Below, in pieces: positions 40,542 to 52,860 of a stretch of DNA of 64,000 nucleotides; position 1 is the first letter of the stretch, and every line of letters starts with the position of its first letter. The DNA is from Octopus sinensis (lineage: Eukaryota): contig NC_043001.1 in assembly GCF_006345805.1 (NCBI RefSeq), positions 42,470,001 through 42,534,000 of the forward strand, in the 5' to 3' direction. The notes below the pieces were generated by a model. The model was not told the origin of the DNA and did not search any database. It was given only the letters and a program-made list of their open reading frames with translations. Both the position numbers and the translations under genes were made by a program.

Positions 40542-40728
40542 GTGTTTCGTCCGCGCACCCCTTCAGAAGCCATTCAGTTAGTGAGCAAGTTGTTGGAATA
40601 TACACCTTCTTCTCGAATCTCTCCACTCGATGCCTGTGCTCATCCATTCTTTGATGAATTGAGGGATATAAGTACTCGCTTACCTAATGGGCGAGATTTA
40701 CCTCCTCTTTTTAATTTTACATCCCAAG
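40542..40728 (+). CDS. GSK3B: GSK-3 exon ([62 protein letters not shown])
   Basis: CAG acceptor, GTTAGT donor. 187 nt, the same length as the human exon. Confidence 0.98.
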
Positions 40729-41461
40729 GTTAGTATTTTAACTCTTTTGCATTTATATAATTATGGAAATGGAACATTTTCATCACAATGTAAATATTAC
40801 AAGTGTTTTTATTTGAAATTTATATAAAAATGTATCTAAATCTTAAAATCTTTAATACACAAGAAAATTACATATATAGATTTTTTTTAAACGATCAACC
40901 CAGCGTTAGTTTTTATTATTATTTTTTTCTTTGCATAAATACTGTAGATGAAAGATTGGTCCAGTCATTTTATAAAGTTGCAAAACTTCACTTTTTTTTT
41001 CTTTTAAAGCATGTAAGCTATGTATGCTTATGTCTTTCCCAATATAATATTGATTTTATTTGCAGTCAGCTGATTTGTAATTTAAATTTAATGATAATAT
41101 TTCTTAATTTATTATTGTTGTAAATGAAATATAGCTGAATAAATTTTGAAAGGAAACTTAAAGAAAGACAAACATACCTGTCTCCAGATGTAACTTCTTA
41201 CCATAGTCTCAAGATTTCCTATTGCTTGGTCAAAATAGGCAAGGAACTTTTGATTTTAAGGGAAGTTAAATGAAGTGAAATGGCTAGTCACTCCTACTTT
41301 ATTTTATGATTCTTACACATTTTCTGTAGCAAAAGAAGTTTATCAATCCCTTTGTTTAGGCCTAATATTAATTCCAGTATAACAACTTGTAGCAATGTTA
41401 ATGATATAAATACCCAGTCATAAAGAACAGTATTTTTTCACTTCATTTATTCTCTTTTCAG

Positions 41462-41649
41462 AGTTGACAGTTTTTCAACCACACCTTAGTAATATGTTGA
41501 TCCCGCCACATGCTCGACAAGCCAATTCTGATGAAGCTTCAACTTCTACTGGTGGGCCTGTGAACTCAGAAAGTGCTTCAGCGCCCAATGCAGCTAATGA
41601 TGCAGCAACTCCTCAAGGGGCCACAGGAGCTGCTGGTGGAAGTGCTTGA
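41462..41649 (+). CDS. GSK3B: GSK-3 terminal coding exon (ELTVFQPHLSNMLIPPHARQ...GAAGGSA*)
   Basis: TTTTCAG acceptor, conserved LIPPHAR motif, low-complexity Ala/Ser/Gly tail, TGA stop. The seven exons total 1002 nt (333 aa + stop). Confidence 0.95.
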
Positions 41650-44600
41650 CACAACAAGATTTTCAAAGGATCATTTCCAGCATTCAGATCTTTGAGAACA
41701 CCATTGTTAATTCCACTGACTCGTCTTCTACTGTCTGTAAACAAAAATTACAAAACTGACTCTAAAGAAGTAAAACAATGATCCATTTTGTGTTCTGCTG
41801 TGCGCAACTGTTTATAAACTGCCAGTACAGACAGCCAGAAAGGCAAACACATACATGCACACCAATACACACAAAAACACATTATTCCTACTATTAATTG
41901 TTCTAAATGGTTTACAATGACAGAAGTGAACATTTTACAGTTTAGTACCATTTTGAGTTGATTTTACTGCCCAAACAGTAGGATGTGTGGTTGGCTTTCA
42001 AAATGGTTATGGAAGTCAAAAAAAGGACCTTCTGTATCAGGCATAAAAAAAAAAAGAAAAAAATCTGTGTTCCTGGGCTATGAAGTTCCCCCTCATTGTT
42101 TTAATTTTGTTTCTTCCCTTTTTGTTTTTGTTTTCTTTCTTTCTTGAGATTCCAGTTGAGGGAGGCTGTTTGTATTGTTAATAGTCGTCTCTGTCCTCCA
42201 CTGGTGTTGTGTTCTCTTACTGCTACTGACTGATGGTCACCATTTGCATTGTAGCTGTTGCTGTTAGCAGCTTGTAAGTAATACTTAAACTAACACACCC
42301 ACCCATACTGCAACAACAGCAACAAGACACCATTTAAAAAGACAAATATAAGAAAATATCTTCAGTCCCTCCCTTTTGCTTTCCTCTGATTCTTTCTCTC
42401 CTCTTCCTTCTCTTTCTTTCTCTCAATCTCTCTTATTCCTTCCATATTGTCATTCCTCTTCAACTGCTATAACAAGTTCTATTTTAATCTATTTTATTCC
42501 CTATCTCTTATTTATTTCAATGCATGAACAAAGATTATATACAAAAGACAGAAGAATGTTAATGCTGATCTCTCCAAGAAATAGCTTTTAAGGGCTATAT
42601 ACACACATGTACATATCTAGACATGTACATACTCATAAATATGTGAATGTGTGTAAATGTCTTTAAATATATGACTTTTCAAAACAATAATTAAAAATGT
42701 TATAAAAGATCTTTATTTATAAGAATCTACATTTTTTCTCTTTTCAAATAAACTTAGCAAGGGCAGGGAGTTAGTTTTCTAATTTATTTTTCTTTGGGGC
42801 TTTTGATTATGTCCCTTTGATATTGTTTGGATTACACTACAGTGCAAGCAGATATTGTTATATATCACAGTCAGTTGCTCCTGTTTTAGAACAATGCAGA
42901 AACTGCTGCATACTGCCAGTTATTTTCAGTTACTATACAAAAGAAAATTAGCTTTTATTGCTCCCTGTCAACTTTATTTAGAACTACTTTTTTTTAATAC
43001 TCAAGCTTACCTAGTCAAATAGTAAAACAAAAAATGAAATGATAGGTATCTACTCCCAGCAACACCAGATTTCTTGTCTAATGTACCATGAAAAATAAAA
43101 AAGAAAAAACAAACAAAAAGTCTGAAGTTAAATTTTTATTTAAAGAGAAAAAGCAGGTAACTTAATTTTTGTATTGTGGAAAGTGGCAGTTGATTTGTTT
43201 TGAAAATTTTCCAGATGTAATAGTTTTATTTATAAATTGATAATACAAAGCTCTTAAGAAATGTGGAGACAACAGATTATTTACCAGTCATTTGTTTAGC
43301 AGATGTTACCATAAAAGACTGGGAAAATCTGTTGATTATTCTGTGAGTCTGCTTTATTAACCCTGTTCAGTGCTGCCCTCACTCCCATGATGATCACTTC
43401 CGCTATTCCTACCACTTTTTGATTAATTGAAATAACTCTGTTCCTAATATTTGAGGACATTCCCTACTGCTTATCTACATCCTTCTATGCATTTAGAGTT
43501 GGGATGTAACAGCTTTTCTTCTTGTAAATAGACTTGAAAAATATTTCCCCTCCCCATTCAAACCCTGACTATGTATGTAGATTTATATTTCTCTCCTAGC
43601 AGTCCAGTGATATTTGCTTTGGCAGCTTTTCTGCAGCTCACTGATTTTCAGCCATTCCCATTATGGCAAACATCTGTTTTTGGTCAATTACTATTTTGTG
43701 ACCCTTTCCGCCTCAGTGCAATTATATCTTGACATTTATGTAGTCAGACTGGATCTTCACCTGCTATTGTAGATTGGGTTTGCATCACACCTACAAATTA
43801 TTAGAAATAATTGGATCATTAATTTTTAAATAAATAAACATATTTTGTCCATATGAGCTTTGGAATTTGCTGTCAATGTTGGCAGTTCAAAAGCCAACTA
43901 TTTTGTTTTCTTATTCATATCCATCTATAACACCATGCCTTACTGCTGTTGTAATGCTTCTCAACCACCACTGCAGTTTTCTTTCTTTCTTTTTTTTTTT
44001 ACTTACAAACTTTTCTACAATTGCAGAAATAATTGACCTGAAAGAAAGCTGTACTATAAACCAACTTTTGTCTGAAACATGTCTGGTACCTTTTTATTTC
44101 TTTCATTTCTGTTAATTTCTAGTTAGTATATTTTTAAAAATAAAGAAAGAATTTTTTAACAGGGTAGTCAGTTTTGGTCTGTCCCTGTTATATATTTCTG
44201 TTGAGCAAATTTCTCTGCCTCCTAGAACTGGACAACTCTCATATTTTTAAGGTTTCCTATTACTGACATAGTGTTTTATGAGTTGTACTGAATAATTCCT
44301 TTTTTAGCTCGTATCTCCAACCTTATGATTTCTAGAAGTATATTTTAATTTAAACTCATAATTTTGTTTATCTTAAAGTTGCTGAGATTAGTGACCTAGC
44401 TGTAGTTATTGAAGAGTTTGTCCCACAGTTTTCAATATTTCTAGATATTATTGATTTGATTGTGCCAAACTTGCCACATTCTTTGTATTTATTTAAGAAT
44501 GCTTGAAAATATTTAAACCTTTTACAATGAATGTTCAGTAATTTAACTACATCTTACCAATTCATTTGTAAAGTAATTTGTACATTAATCATATTCATAA

Positions 44601-47600
44601 ATTGACAAATTAGTGCATTGATTGAGATGAAAAATATTTCTCATTTTACACTGATTATTGGAGAATTTGATGAACTGAAGGCATTTGTTGTTAATGCTTT
44701 CCCCCAAATACAATTCTTCACTCTATGTGTAGATATTTTGTACAGAAGATGACATTATTACCATATGGTACAATTATTAGCCTAATCAGGGTTCTACCAA
44801 AGATTTTTATTTCCTTAAACAGATTTCCACCATTTTCTGAATAGAAGAGTTTGTAGCAATATTATTCTTTGGCTAGTAATGAAGTTATCATGAAAAAAGA
44901 ATGTTGAAGATTTCATAGAGACTATCTTTTATTCCTTCTTGTCTTGCTTATGGAGGAAGACAGTTTCCTTTTAATGGTGTATGTGTGTGTGCATGCATGT
45001 TCAGTATGGGTATAGGATTTTAGTTTACCGAAAGCTTTTTAATCAGCCACTCACCTACTGAGATGACTGCAGTTATTGGAGATTGGATGAAAAATATTAG
45101 CATGGTTTTGAAAACATAATTACTACACATCAGACTCAAGACAGTCCCACCATAAACATGCACTGAGCACTGTTATGTTTTTGTTTGATAAAAACAAATG
45201 TACATTGTGTATGCCTCTAGGTTCCTACCAATGACGCCATTTAACCTTATTGCACTTTCCATTTTAGTTACATGTGGCTGAGGTGGAGGGAAATAAAGTC
45301 CCAATTTTTCCTTAAATTTGACATATTCCAGAGCTTTCCAACAAGAAACCTAGAATATTTATGGCTTCTGTGATATTCTTACTATATATCAGTTGCAGTA
45401 ACTATTAACAGTTATGGTTAATGTGAATTTCGCTCTCCTCTCTCATTCTCTTTCATGTGTGTGTATGTATATATAGATATTATACTATATATATATGTAT
45501 ATATATATTGCTTTTATATTATATTTATATATATTGTATATTATTTGTATGTGTATATATATATATATTATTTGTATGTACATATATATATATATTATAT
45601 ATATATATATATATATGCATATGCACACATTCATTTTTGTGTGTAATATTTTTACAAGGGAAAGTTTGATGCTTCAAAGTAACTGTCTACTTTTTCCCTG
45701 TAAAAATGAAATAAATATGTTATTCTACAGAAAGGTATTGAATGAATTTTTAAAATCTAATGTTTGATTTGTTTATTTACAACTATACATAAAAATAAAC
45801 ACATTTGTGTCTATGTATTTATATATAAGCATTATATACTGCCAAGTAAAATTCATAAGGTTGTGGATCTGTCTATCCAAAAAAAATAATAATAATAATA
45901 AAATGGTAGTGTTCAAAGCAAGTGATAAATTAAGCTTATGGGTTGCCTTTTTATTTTTGCTAAATGATCCAGCTGATAAATGTTAGAATTCTTGGGACAG
46001 TGTAGTATTTATATTTCTGGTATCATGATATATCTTATGGCGAAGTGCATCTACTTGCTTCTTAATTACCTAGATGAGAAACAAGTCTTATTTCTAACAT
46101 TAGAGGAGGGCATCACACCAATAAACCCATTTGTTTCAATCTATGACAACATGGAATAGTAGATTGATGGATGGATGGATGGATGGAAGAAATGTGATTT
46201 TCTTAAATTTGTTTTATATTTTTATTTTAATCATTTGAAAATTACCATTCATATAAAGCTTTCACAAATAATAAAATGTGGATTTTTTTTCTCTTCGAAA
46301 GATAATTTTGTGTATTTCATTTAGTAGAATTGATTTTTAATTTGTTCAGCTAATAACTAGTTATTTATTTTACATATAATAATATAGCATGATTTTTTTT
46401 TAATAATTTCCTAACATATCAAGAAATAATATGATTTAACTATTCTTCTAAGTAAACAACACTTCTAGGACACATCCAATCCTTAAATACCTTTTGTTGG
46501 AATAACTTTACTAATAATGATTGTTTTACTGTATTTTTCTAATAAGTTGATTTTCTCTGGTTTGGTTGTGTGTGTGTGTTTTTTGTTATTCTTTTGGGAA
46601 TAAACTTGTTCTTGGATGAATTTTAAATATTTAATAACTAGTAGTCAGCACTAAGATTACAATGTTATTTGCATTGAAAGTGTGGTAGCCATTGATTTCA
46701 TAATATTATTAAATTTGATTATGTCAGAATTGAATCCCAATTTCTAACTAGGAAACCCTGTCATCAAATAATAATGAAACGGCTTTATCCATCACGTATA
46801 ATTCTGTTAAAATGCTCATCATTTTAACAGGTCTCCCATGCTCTTTAAACTGTCAGTATTATTACTTCTTCCTTATCATTTCCATTTTTTTGCAATAAGG
46901 TTTCTCTAATATTTTTTTTTCCAAGACTAATGTACAGCATTTTTTTTTCCAACCATATCTCTCATCCATTCTCTCCACAGGTCTGCATCACTTTGTTATA
47001 TACAGCTATTGAAGATTTGTCCTGAAGCAGTCTGTTCGATCTTCCCTATTTTATCATTGAGTACAACAGATTTATTTTTGCACTAACCATTTTGCGAGGC
47101 TGATTCTTTATTGGGACCATTACTGCATTCCTTTAGTTTCTTAGCAGATATTGTCTTTCACCAGTCTTTTTCTATCATAGACATGATATCATTCTTTGTG
47201 TGTTGTTTTATACTACTGGCTACTTGAAAAATGGTCAAAAGTTTGACCCTTTTATTCCCAGTTAGTCCCTATTCATCATTTATCAAAATGTTGTAGTGAT
47301 AATATCTAAAAGCACATTAATGTGAACTATGCTGCTGCAACTTCAGTCAGTGGAGTACTTACAAAAGAAAAGCAAAGTGATGTATGCTATAGTTTATCAG
47401 TGATTGTTAAGCCAGTTGATAAAATAAACAAACTCAAGCTTAAATATTCTAAAGCAATCGTGAATTGTCTTTTTCTTCTGAAAATAATAACTGTCATTAA
47501 TAGCAAAATCTATGTGAAGACCATGTGCAAAAACCATGTGAAGGTTCTGGTAGATTTACCATCAAACACCTCGATAGAATTAGTTATTTCTATTCAGCTA

Positions 47601-47700
47601 TGTTTGTTTAATGCTATTTCCAACATAAATGCACTGTTTACTCTTTTATTTTAATTTTCAATACATTTTTACATACTCATTGTGAGACTAAAGTTGTAGC
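41650..47700 (+). other. Putative long GSK3 3'UTR (3' end uncertain)
   Basis: Follows the stop codon. AT-rich with no recognisable TE until 47770. Several AATAAA (e.g. 42747, 45794). Confidence 0.5.
45452..45622. repeat. Compound (TA)/(TG) low-complexity tract in the putative 3'UTR
   Basis: Direct reading. Confidence 0.9.
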
Positions 47701-47769
47701 AATCAAATTTTAATAACCTTTGTGCTGTGTCATTAAGCAAAATTCATAATCTTGCCTCAGTATTCTGAA

Positions 47770-47941
47770 CCCTTTAGCATTCATATTTCTCTATTCACAT
47801 TGATTTGAATTAGTCATGCATTACCTTTGAGATTTCAATAACATGATTATTTTCAGAATAATATTGTAGAAGTGAGGCTGGATCTGGCCAGTTTTAAGAA
47901 GAATATTTTGGCCAGATATGGCTGGTTTAAATGCTAAAGGG
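47770..47941. mobile_element. piggyBac-like MITE, second family
   Basis: TIR CCCTTTAGCATT and a right TTAA. Related copies at 16388-16606 and 20871-21287. Confidence 0.75.
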
Positions 47942-48828
47942 TTAAAAGAATAAAACAAGAAATATTTCTTGTTTGAGCAGTTAGCTGTGTAAAGTGCTTC
48001 CAGCTGTCAAGTTTTTCTTGCAGTATGTAATTATTAGCATTTTCAGGATCCACCCCATTCCTAGATTGGCAAGTGTACATGAACATGAAATAACATCATC
48101 AAAAACAATGTTTTCCAGTATTTATTCTAAAATTCTACAATTGAGAAGTGTAATCATAGATCTTTCAGATTTATCAACCATTATAAAACTTAAATTGGTA
48201 AGGGAGAGTAAAAATAATTCCATTATTGTATTAGTAATCAGATGCCAATAATGTTAATTCCAGTATATTGAGACACAGGGCCAATATTTAAAGTAAAGAA
48301 GAGCAGTCAGTTTTATTGATTCTAACGTCTTAGAATGTTTGCTCCTAGAATGGTGAATAGGGAAATCAGCCCCAGCAAAATTTAAACCGCGAACATAAAG
48401 GAACAACGCATTTAAACTAATTCCTACCGTTGCTAATTGATCACTTGATATCAACAACATTGAAATGAAATTCTTTGAAAGTTTCCTATGTGAAAAAAAG
48501 CTAGTATATAATATATTGTTTGTGAGTGCTGCTTTTAGGCTCTAAGACAAGTGCCACCATACTTCTGATGTCTGGTTTATGTACATTTATTTTTAGGAGA
48601 ATTTTACACTTGCCATAGAGATTTAAATAGTACACATTCAGAAAACTATTTTAAGAAAGCAAAATAGCAACAATTAATATGTAACTGATATGGCCAACAA
48701 GTTGGCCATTCAAATCCTCTCAAGATTTTTTTTTTTTGTGCAATGATAAAAGAAACTTTTATATAGTAGAGTCATATACTTAAATGTTGCTCTCCTTTCA
48801 CTGAGCATTTAATCAGCTTTTATCTTAA

Positions 48829-49042
48829 CCCTTTCATTACCGTATTTATTTTGAGATGCTCTGTGTTTCTTTCAATTACTTTAAATATAACAAAGAATTT
48901 AGTAAAATCACTTAGTTATCATTAATCTAGTGTTAGGAACATAAATTGTGACTAAGATTTGGTGGAAGATTTTAATTCAAAACTTATGAAAACAAGACAT
49001 TTGTACTCAGAGCCGGTTTCAGCCGGGTTGGTAACGAAAGGG
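48829..49042. mobile_element. piggyBac-like MITE (214 bp)
   Basis: TTAA on both sides; TIR CCCTTTC(A/G)TTACC. Confidence 0.8.
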
Positions 49043-49777
49043 TTAAGAAACTTTCAAAGAATTTCATTAACATGATCTAGAACAAAGGTAGTGATTCATG
49101 CCGAGTAATAAAGTTTCTTAACCTTTGATTGCTAACAAAGGACTGCAATTTTGTATCTTAAAAACCAAAGATAAACTATTTTCAAGGCTATATTACAAAA
49201 TTTGACGTATTAGAAATTTTTGTTTCATAAAAATTCTAGCAAAATTTTTATTTTATCACCTCATATCATTTTATCAAATTCCATTATTTTCTTATTTATC
49301 TAAGTATGTTAAAGATGAATTAGTTACTAAACTTTTCCTAATCAGATGCATCCCTTAATGTGTGAACAGTCATATTGATTGATTTTATTGAAGTTTTTCT
49401 ACAGTGTGTATCCATATTATGATTTGAACTACAGGAGAATGAAACACATTCAGCAGTTCTTAATTCAATAATATGTATTCCAGATATTAATTTACAACAG
49501 ACTGGTAAGAGTGATGTTTCTTAATATAGAATCAGTAATGGAATATACACTGTTGTCCTGTAGGTCAGTTCATCTAGTTGTAATTGATCTGTATTATACT
49601 TTAATTGATTAGATGAACTGAATATTTTCATAATTAAAACTTCAATTGCTGCTTTCTCTGTCGATCAAAATGCACTATTTAAGTGATGCCCCTGAATAGT
49701 TATATTTTGTTTTTGTTCAATTTTGTCTCAGATTTTTTCTGTTGAAGGTATTTTTAATAAGAGTGATTTCATATATA

Positions 49778-49985
49778 TGGCCTAGTGGTTAGGGCAGCGG
49801 ACTCGCGGTCGCAGGATCGCGGTTTCGATTCTCAGACTGGGCGTTGTGTGTGTTTATTGAGCAAAAACACCTAAAAGCTCTACGAGGCTCCGGCAGGGGG
49901 TGGTGATCCCTGCTGTACTCTTTCACCACAATGGCGGTGCCCCAGCATGGCCACAGCTCAAGAGCTGAAACTGGAAAAACAAAAA
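49778..49985 (+). mobile_element. tRNA-head SINE, truncated and joined to an S1-type 3' end
   Basis: TGGCCTAGTGGTTAG A-box and GGTTTCGATTC B-box. Same head as 63191-63776. Confidence 0.75.
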
Positions 49986-50406
49986 CAAAACAAAAACAAA
50001 CATATATATATATAAGGACTCCTTCAATCATATGTATATGTAAATCCAAAAAATGGAACAAGAGCACAACAGACAACAATAAAAAACAGATAGAGAATGT
50101 GAAAACGGACAGGAAAAAACAAGGACAGGGTCATTCGCAAGTTCTTCATCAGTCAAGTTACCAAATTATCCTTACAGTTTCGGGCAGTTACACTGAGACT
50201 GTTCAAATCTGTCTGCCCCCAAAAATCTAAACTAAGAGCATTAAATTTTTGGGGAGAAAGTAAGTGAATGTGTACGGCAACAAAGACAAACATGATACAC
50301 AATTACAAACAACATAAAAAGAACAACAGGTATCTTTCGACTAATAAAGACGAATCAAGTTGAGCTGGCATGTATAGAATGAAAGCCTATATATATATAT
50401 ATATAT

Positions 50407-50728
50407 AGTCATGGATGACCATGGAATTGTACCTAGAAAGTTACCCTCCGAGGCACATGCCCAGGCATGGTTGTTTGTTGGAAGATCAGCAGTCATCCAT
50501 ACATACCAGCTTCCCCCTCTTCATGCTACTGATGTTATTTAAGGGAAAGGCAAAGGCCAATACAGCTTGACAACCAGTCACACTGCAACTCATTTCTACA
50601 GCTGAGTGGACTGGCAATGTGAAATAAAAGTGTCTTGCTCAAGAACAACACACAGCCCAGTCTAGGAATCAATCGTTATCTCATCGTTGTGTGCCCAACC
50701 CTCTAACCACTGAGCCATGCACCTTCAC
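50407..50728 (-). mobile_element. tRNA-derived SINE (separate family)
   Basis: Minus strand GGCTCAGTGGTTAGAG head followed by TTCTTGAGCAAGACACTT. Confidence 0.7.
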
Positions 50729-50767
50729 ATATATATATATTAATTGCTGGTAAGGATACTGTATTTC

Positions 50768-51200
50768 ATTCATCATCGTTTAACGTCCACTTTCCATGTT
50801 AGCATGGGTTGGACGGTTCAACTGGGATCTGGGAAGCCAGGTGGCTGCACCAGGCCCAGTCTGATCTGGCAGTGTTTCTACAGCTGGATGCCCTTTCTAA
50901 CGCCAACCACTCTGAGTGTAGTAGGTGCTTTTTACATGCCAGGCAAGGCTGGCAACAGCCATGATCGGTTGATGCTTTTTACGTGCCACCGGCACAGAGG
51001 CCAGTCAGGGCGGCACTGCCAACGGCCACATTCGGATGGTTCTTTTACGTGCCACCAGCACTGGTATCACAACTACAATTTCCATTGATTTTTGAGCGAT
51101 TTCTATTCCGATTTCACTTGCCTCAACAGGTCTTCGCAAGCAGAGTTTTGTGTCGAAAGAAGGAAAGGTATGCATAAGTGGGCTGGCTACGCAACCATAA
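50768..51200 (-). mobile_element. RTE-A 3'UTR
   Basis: Family-A tail and repeat units. Confidence 0.85.
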
Positions 51201-51606
51201 GTTACTACGAAATATATTTAAGTCAATACTGTGTCCTACCTGTATTAACAGTGCGATTCAATCACTCTACAGTTTCTATTGAAATTTGAGCTAGCACTGA
51301 AAGTTACAAGGTTTTGTATATGAATACATGTATGTAAACAGCGCAATTGAAGATAGAACAATAAGTAATGGGTGCATGTGCATATTTCGAGAGTTATTGT
51401 TCCTTCTTCAGTACTACAGCCAACCCTTGAATCATCCATAAACACATTGCTACCAGCAATTGATGTGTATGTACTAGTTGCCAGGAATGTGTTTAATTTA
51501 TAAAATTGGTATATCCAATTAAGTTACTGCTAAATTTAGTGACTATTTAACCAATGTGTTTGTGGATGGTTAATGGGTTGGATGTGCTGCTGAAGAAGCA
51601 GCAAGC

Positions 51607-52860
51607 ATCATCATCATCATCATCATTTAGCGTTTGTTTTCCATGCTAGCATGGGTTGGACGGTTTAACTGGGGTCTGTGAGGCCGGAAGGCTTCATCAG
51701 GCCCAGTCAGATTTGGCAGTGTTTCTACGGCTGGATGCCCTTCCTAATGCCAACCACTCCGCGAGTGTAGTGGGTGTTTTTTACGTGCCACCTGCACAGG
51801 TGTCAGACAGAGCTGGCACAACAGCCACGAACGGATGGTGCTTTTACGTGTCACAGGCACGGGGCCAGGCGATGCTGGCAACGGACACGAACGGATGGTG
51901 CTTTTACGGGGCCAGACAGAGCTGGCAAACGGCCACGAACGGACAGTGCTTTTACGTGTCACCAGCACGGGGCCAGCCAAGGCTGGCAACGGACACGAAC
52001 GGATGGTGCTTTTACGGGCCACCGACATGGGGCCAGACAGAGCTGGCAAACGGTCACGAACGGACGGTGCTTTTACATGTCACCGGCACGGGGGCCAGCC
52101 GAGGCTGGCAACAAACACGAACGGATGGTGCTTTTACGTGCCACCAACACGGAGGCCAGACAGAGCTGGCAAACGGCCACGAGCGAATGGTGCTTTTACA
52201 TATCACCGACACGGGTGCCAGACGAGGCTGGCAGCAGACACAAACGGATGGGTCACTTAACCCCTGCTTTCTGATATACGATTTGATTTTGATTGTTCTC
52301 ACTGGTCTTGCCGGGTCTTTTCACGCACAGCATACTTCCACAGGTCTCGGTCTCTGGTCATTTCCTTGGTGAGACCTAGAGTTCGAAGGTCGTGCTTTAC
52401 CACCTCGACCCAGGTTTTCCTGGGTCTACCTCTTCCACAGGTCCCCTCAACTGCCAGGGTGTGGCACTTTTTCACACACCTATCTTCGTCCATTCTCGCC
52501 ACATGACCATACCAGCGCAATCGTCTCTCTTGCACACATCTGATGCCTCTTAGGTCCAACTTTTCTCTCAAGGTACTTACACTCTGTCGACTATGAACAC
52601 TGGCATTACACATCCAACGGAGCATACTAGCTTCATTTCTTGCGAGCTTACGTAAATCCTCAGCAGTCACAGCCCAAGTTTCACTACCATGTAGCATGGC
52701 TGTACGTACACATGCATCATAGTCTGCCTTTTACTTTGAGCGAGAGGCCTTTTGTCACCAGCAGGGGTAAGAGCTCTCTAAACTTTGCCCAGGCTATTCT
52801 TACTCTAGCAGTTACACTTTCAGCACACCCACCCCCGCTACTGACTTGGTCCCTAGGTAG
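51607..52860 (-). mobile_element. Young 5'-truncated RTE-A with RT C-terminus (ORF 52299-52697) and expanded 3'UTR array
   Basis: MLHGSETWAVTAEDLRKLARNEASMLRWMC...GRPRKTWVEVVKHDL...; (CAT)n tail. Confidence 0.92.
51775..52250 (-). repeat. Tandem array of about 60-nt units, 8 units alternating between two types
   Basis: Each unit starts GTG(C/T)TTTTAC on the + strand. Diagnostic GACAGAGCTGG and (GC/AC)GAGGCTGG-type cores alternate. Confidence 0.9.

Noticed and set aside
42249-42325. Hairpin of about 18 bp in the 3'UTR
   Set aside because: It is built from CTG/TTG versus CAA/CAG simple repeats, so chance pairing is likely.
49778-49850. tRNA-like sequences here and at 63705-63776
   Set aside because: They lack a proper acceptor stem and continue into SINE bodies, so they are SINE heads and not tRNA genes.
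51775-52250. Repeat array superficially like CRISPR or tandem hammerheads (CAGACGAG...GCAAAC)
   Set aside because: There are no unique spacers, the context is a eukaryotic LINE, and the CUGANGA/GAAA cores are absent.
51656-52372. Long ORFs (238, 166 and 141 aa) with repeated peptides
   Set aside because: They are read-throughs of the 60-nt RTE 3'UTR array, open in several frames; not a gene.
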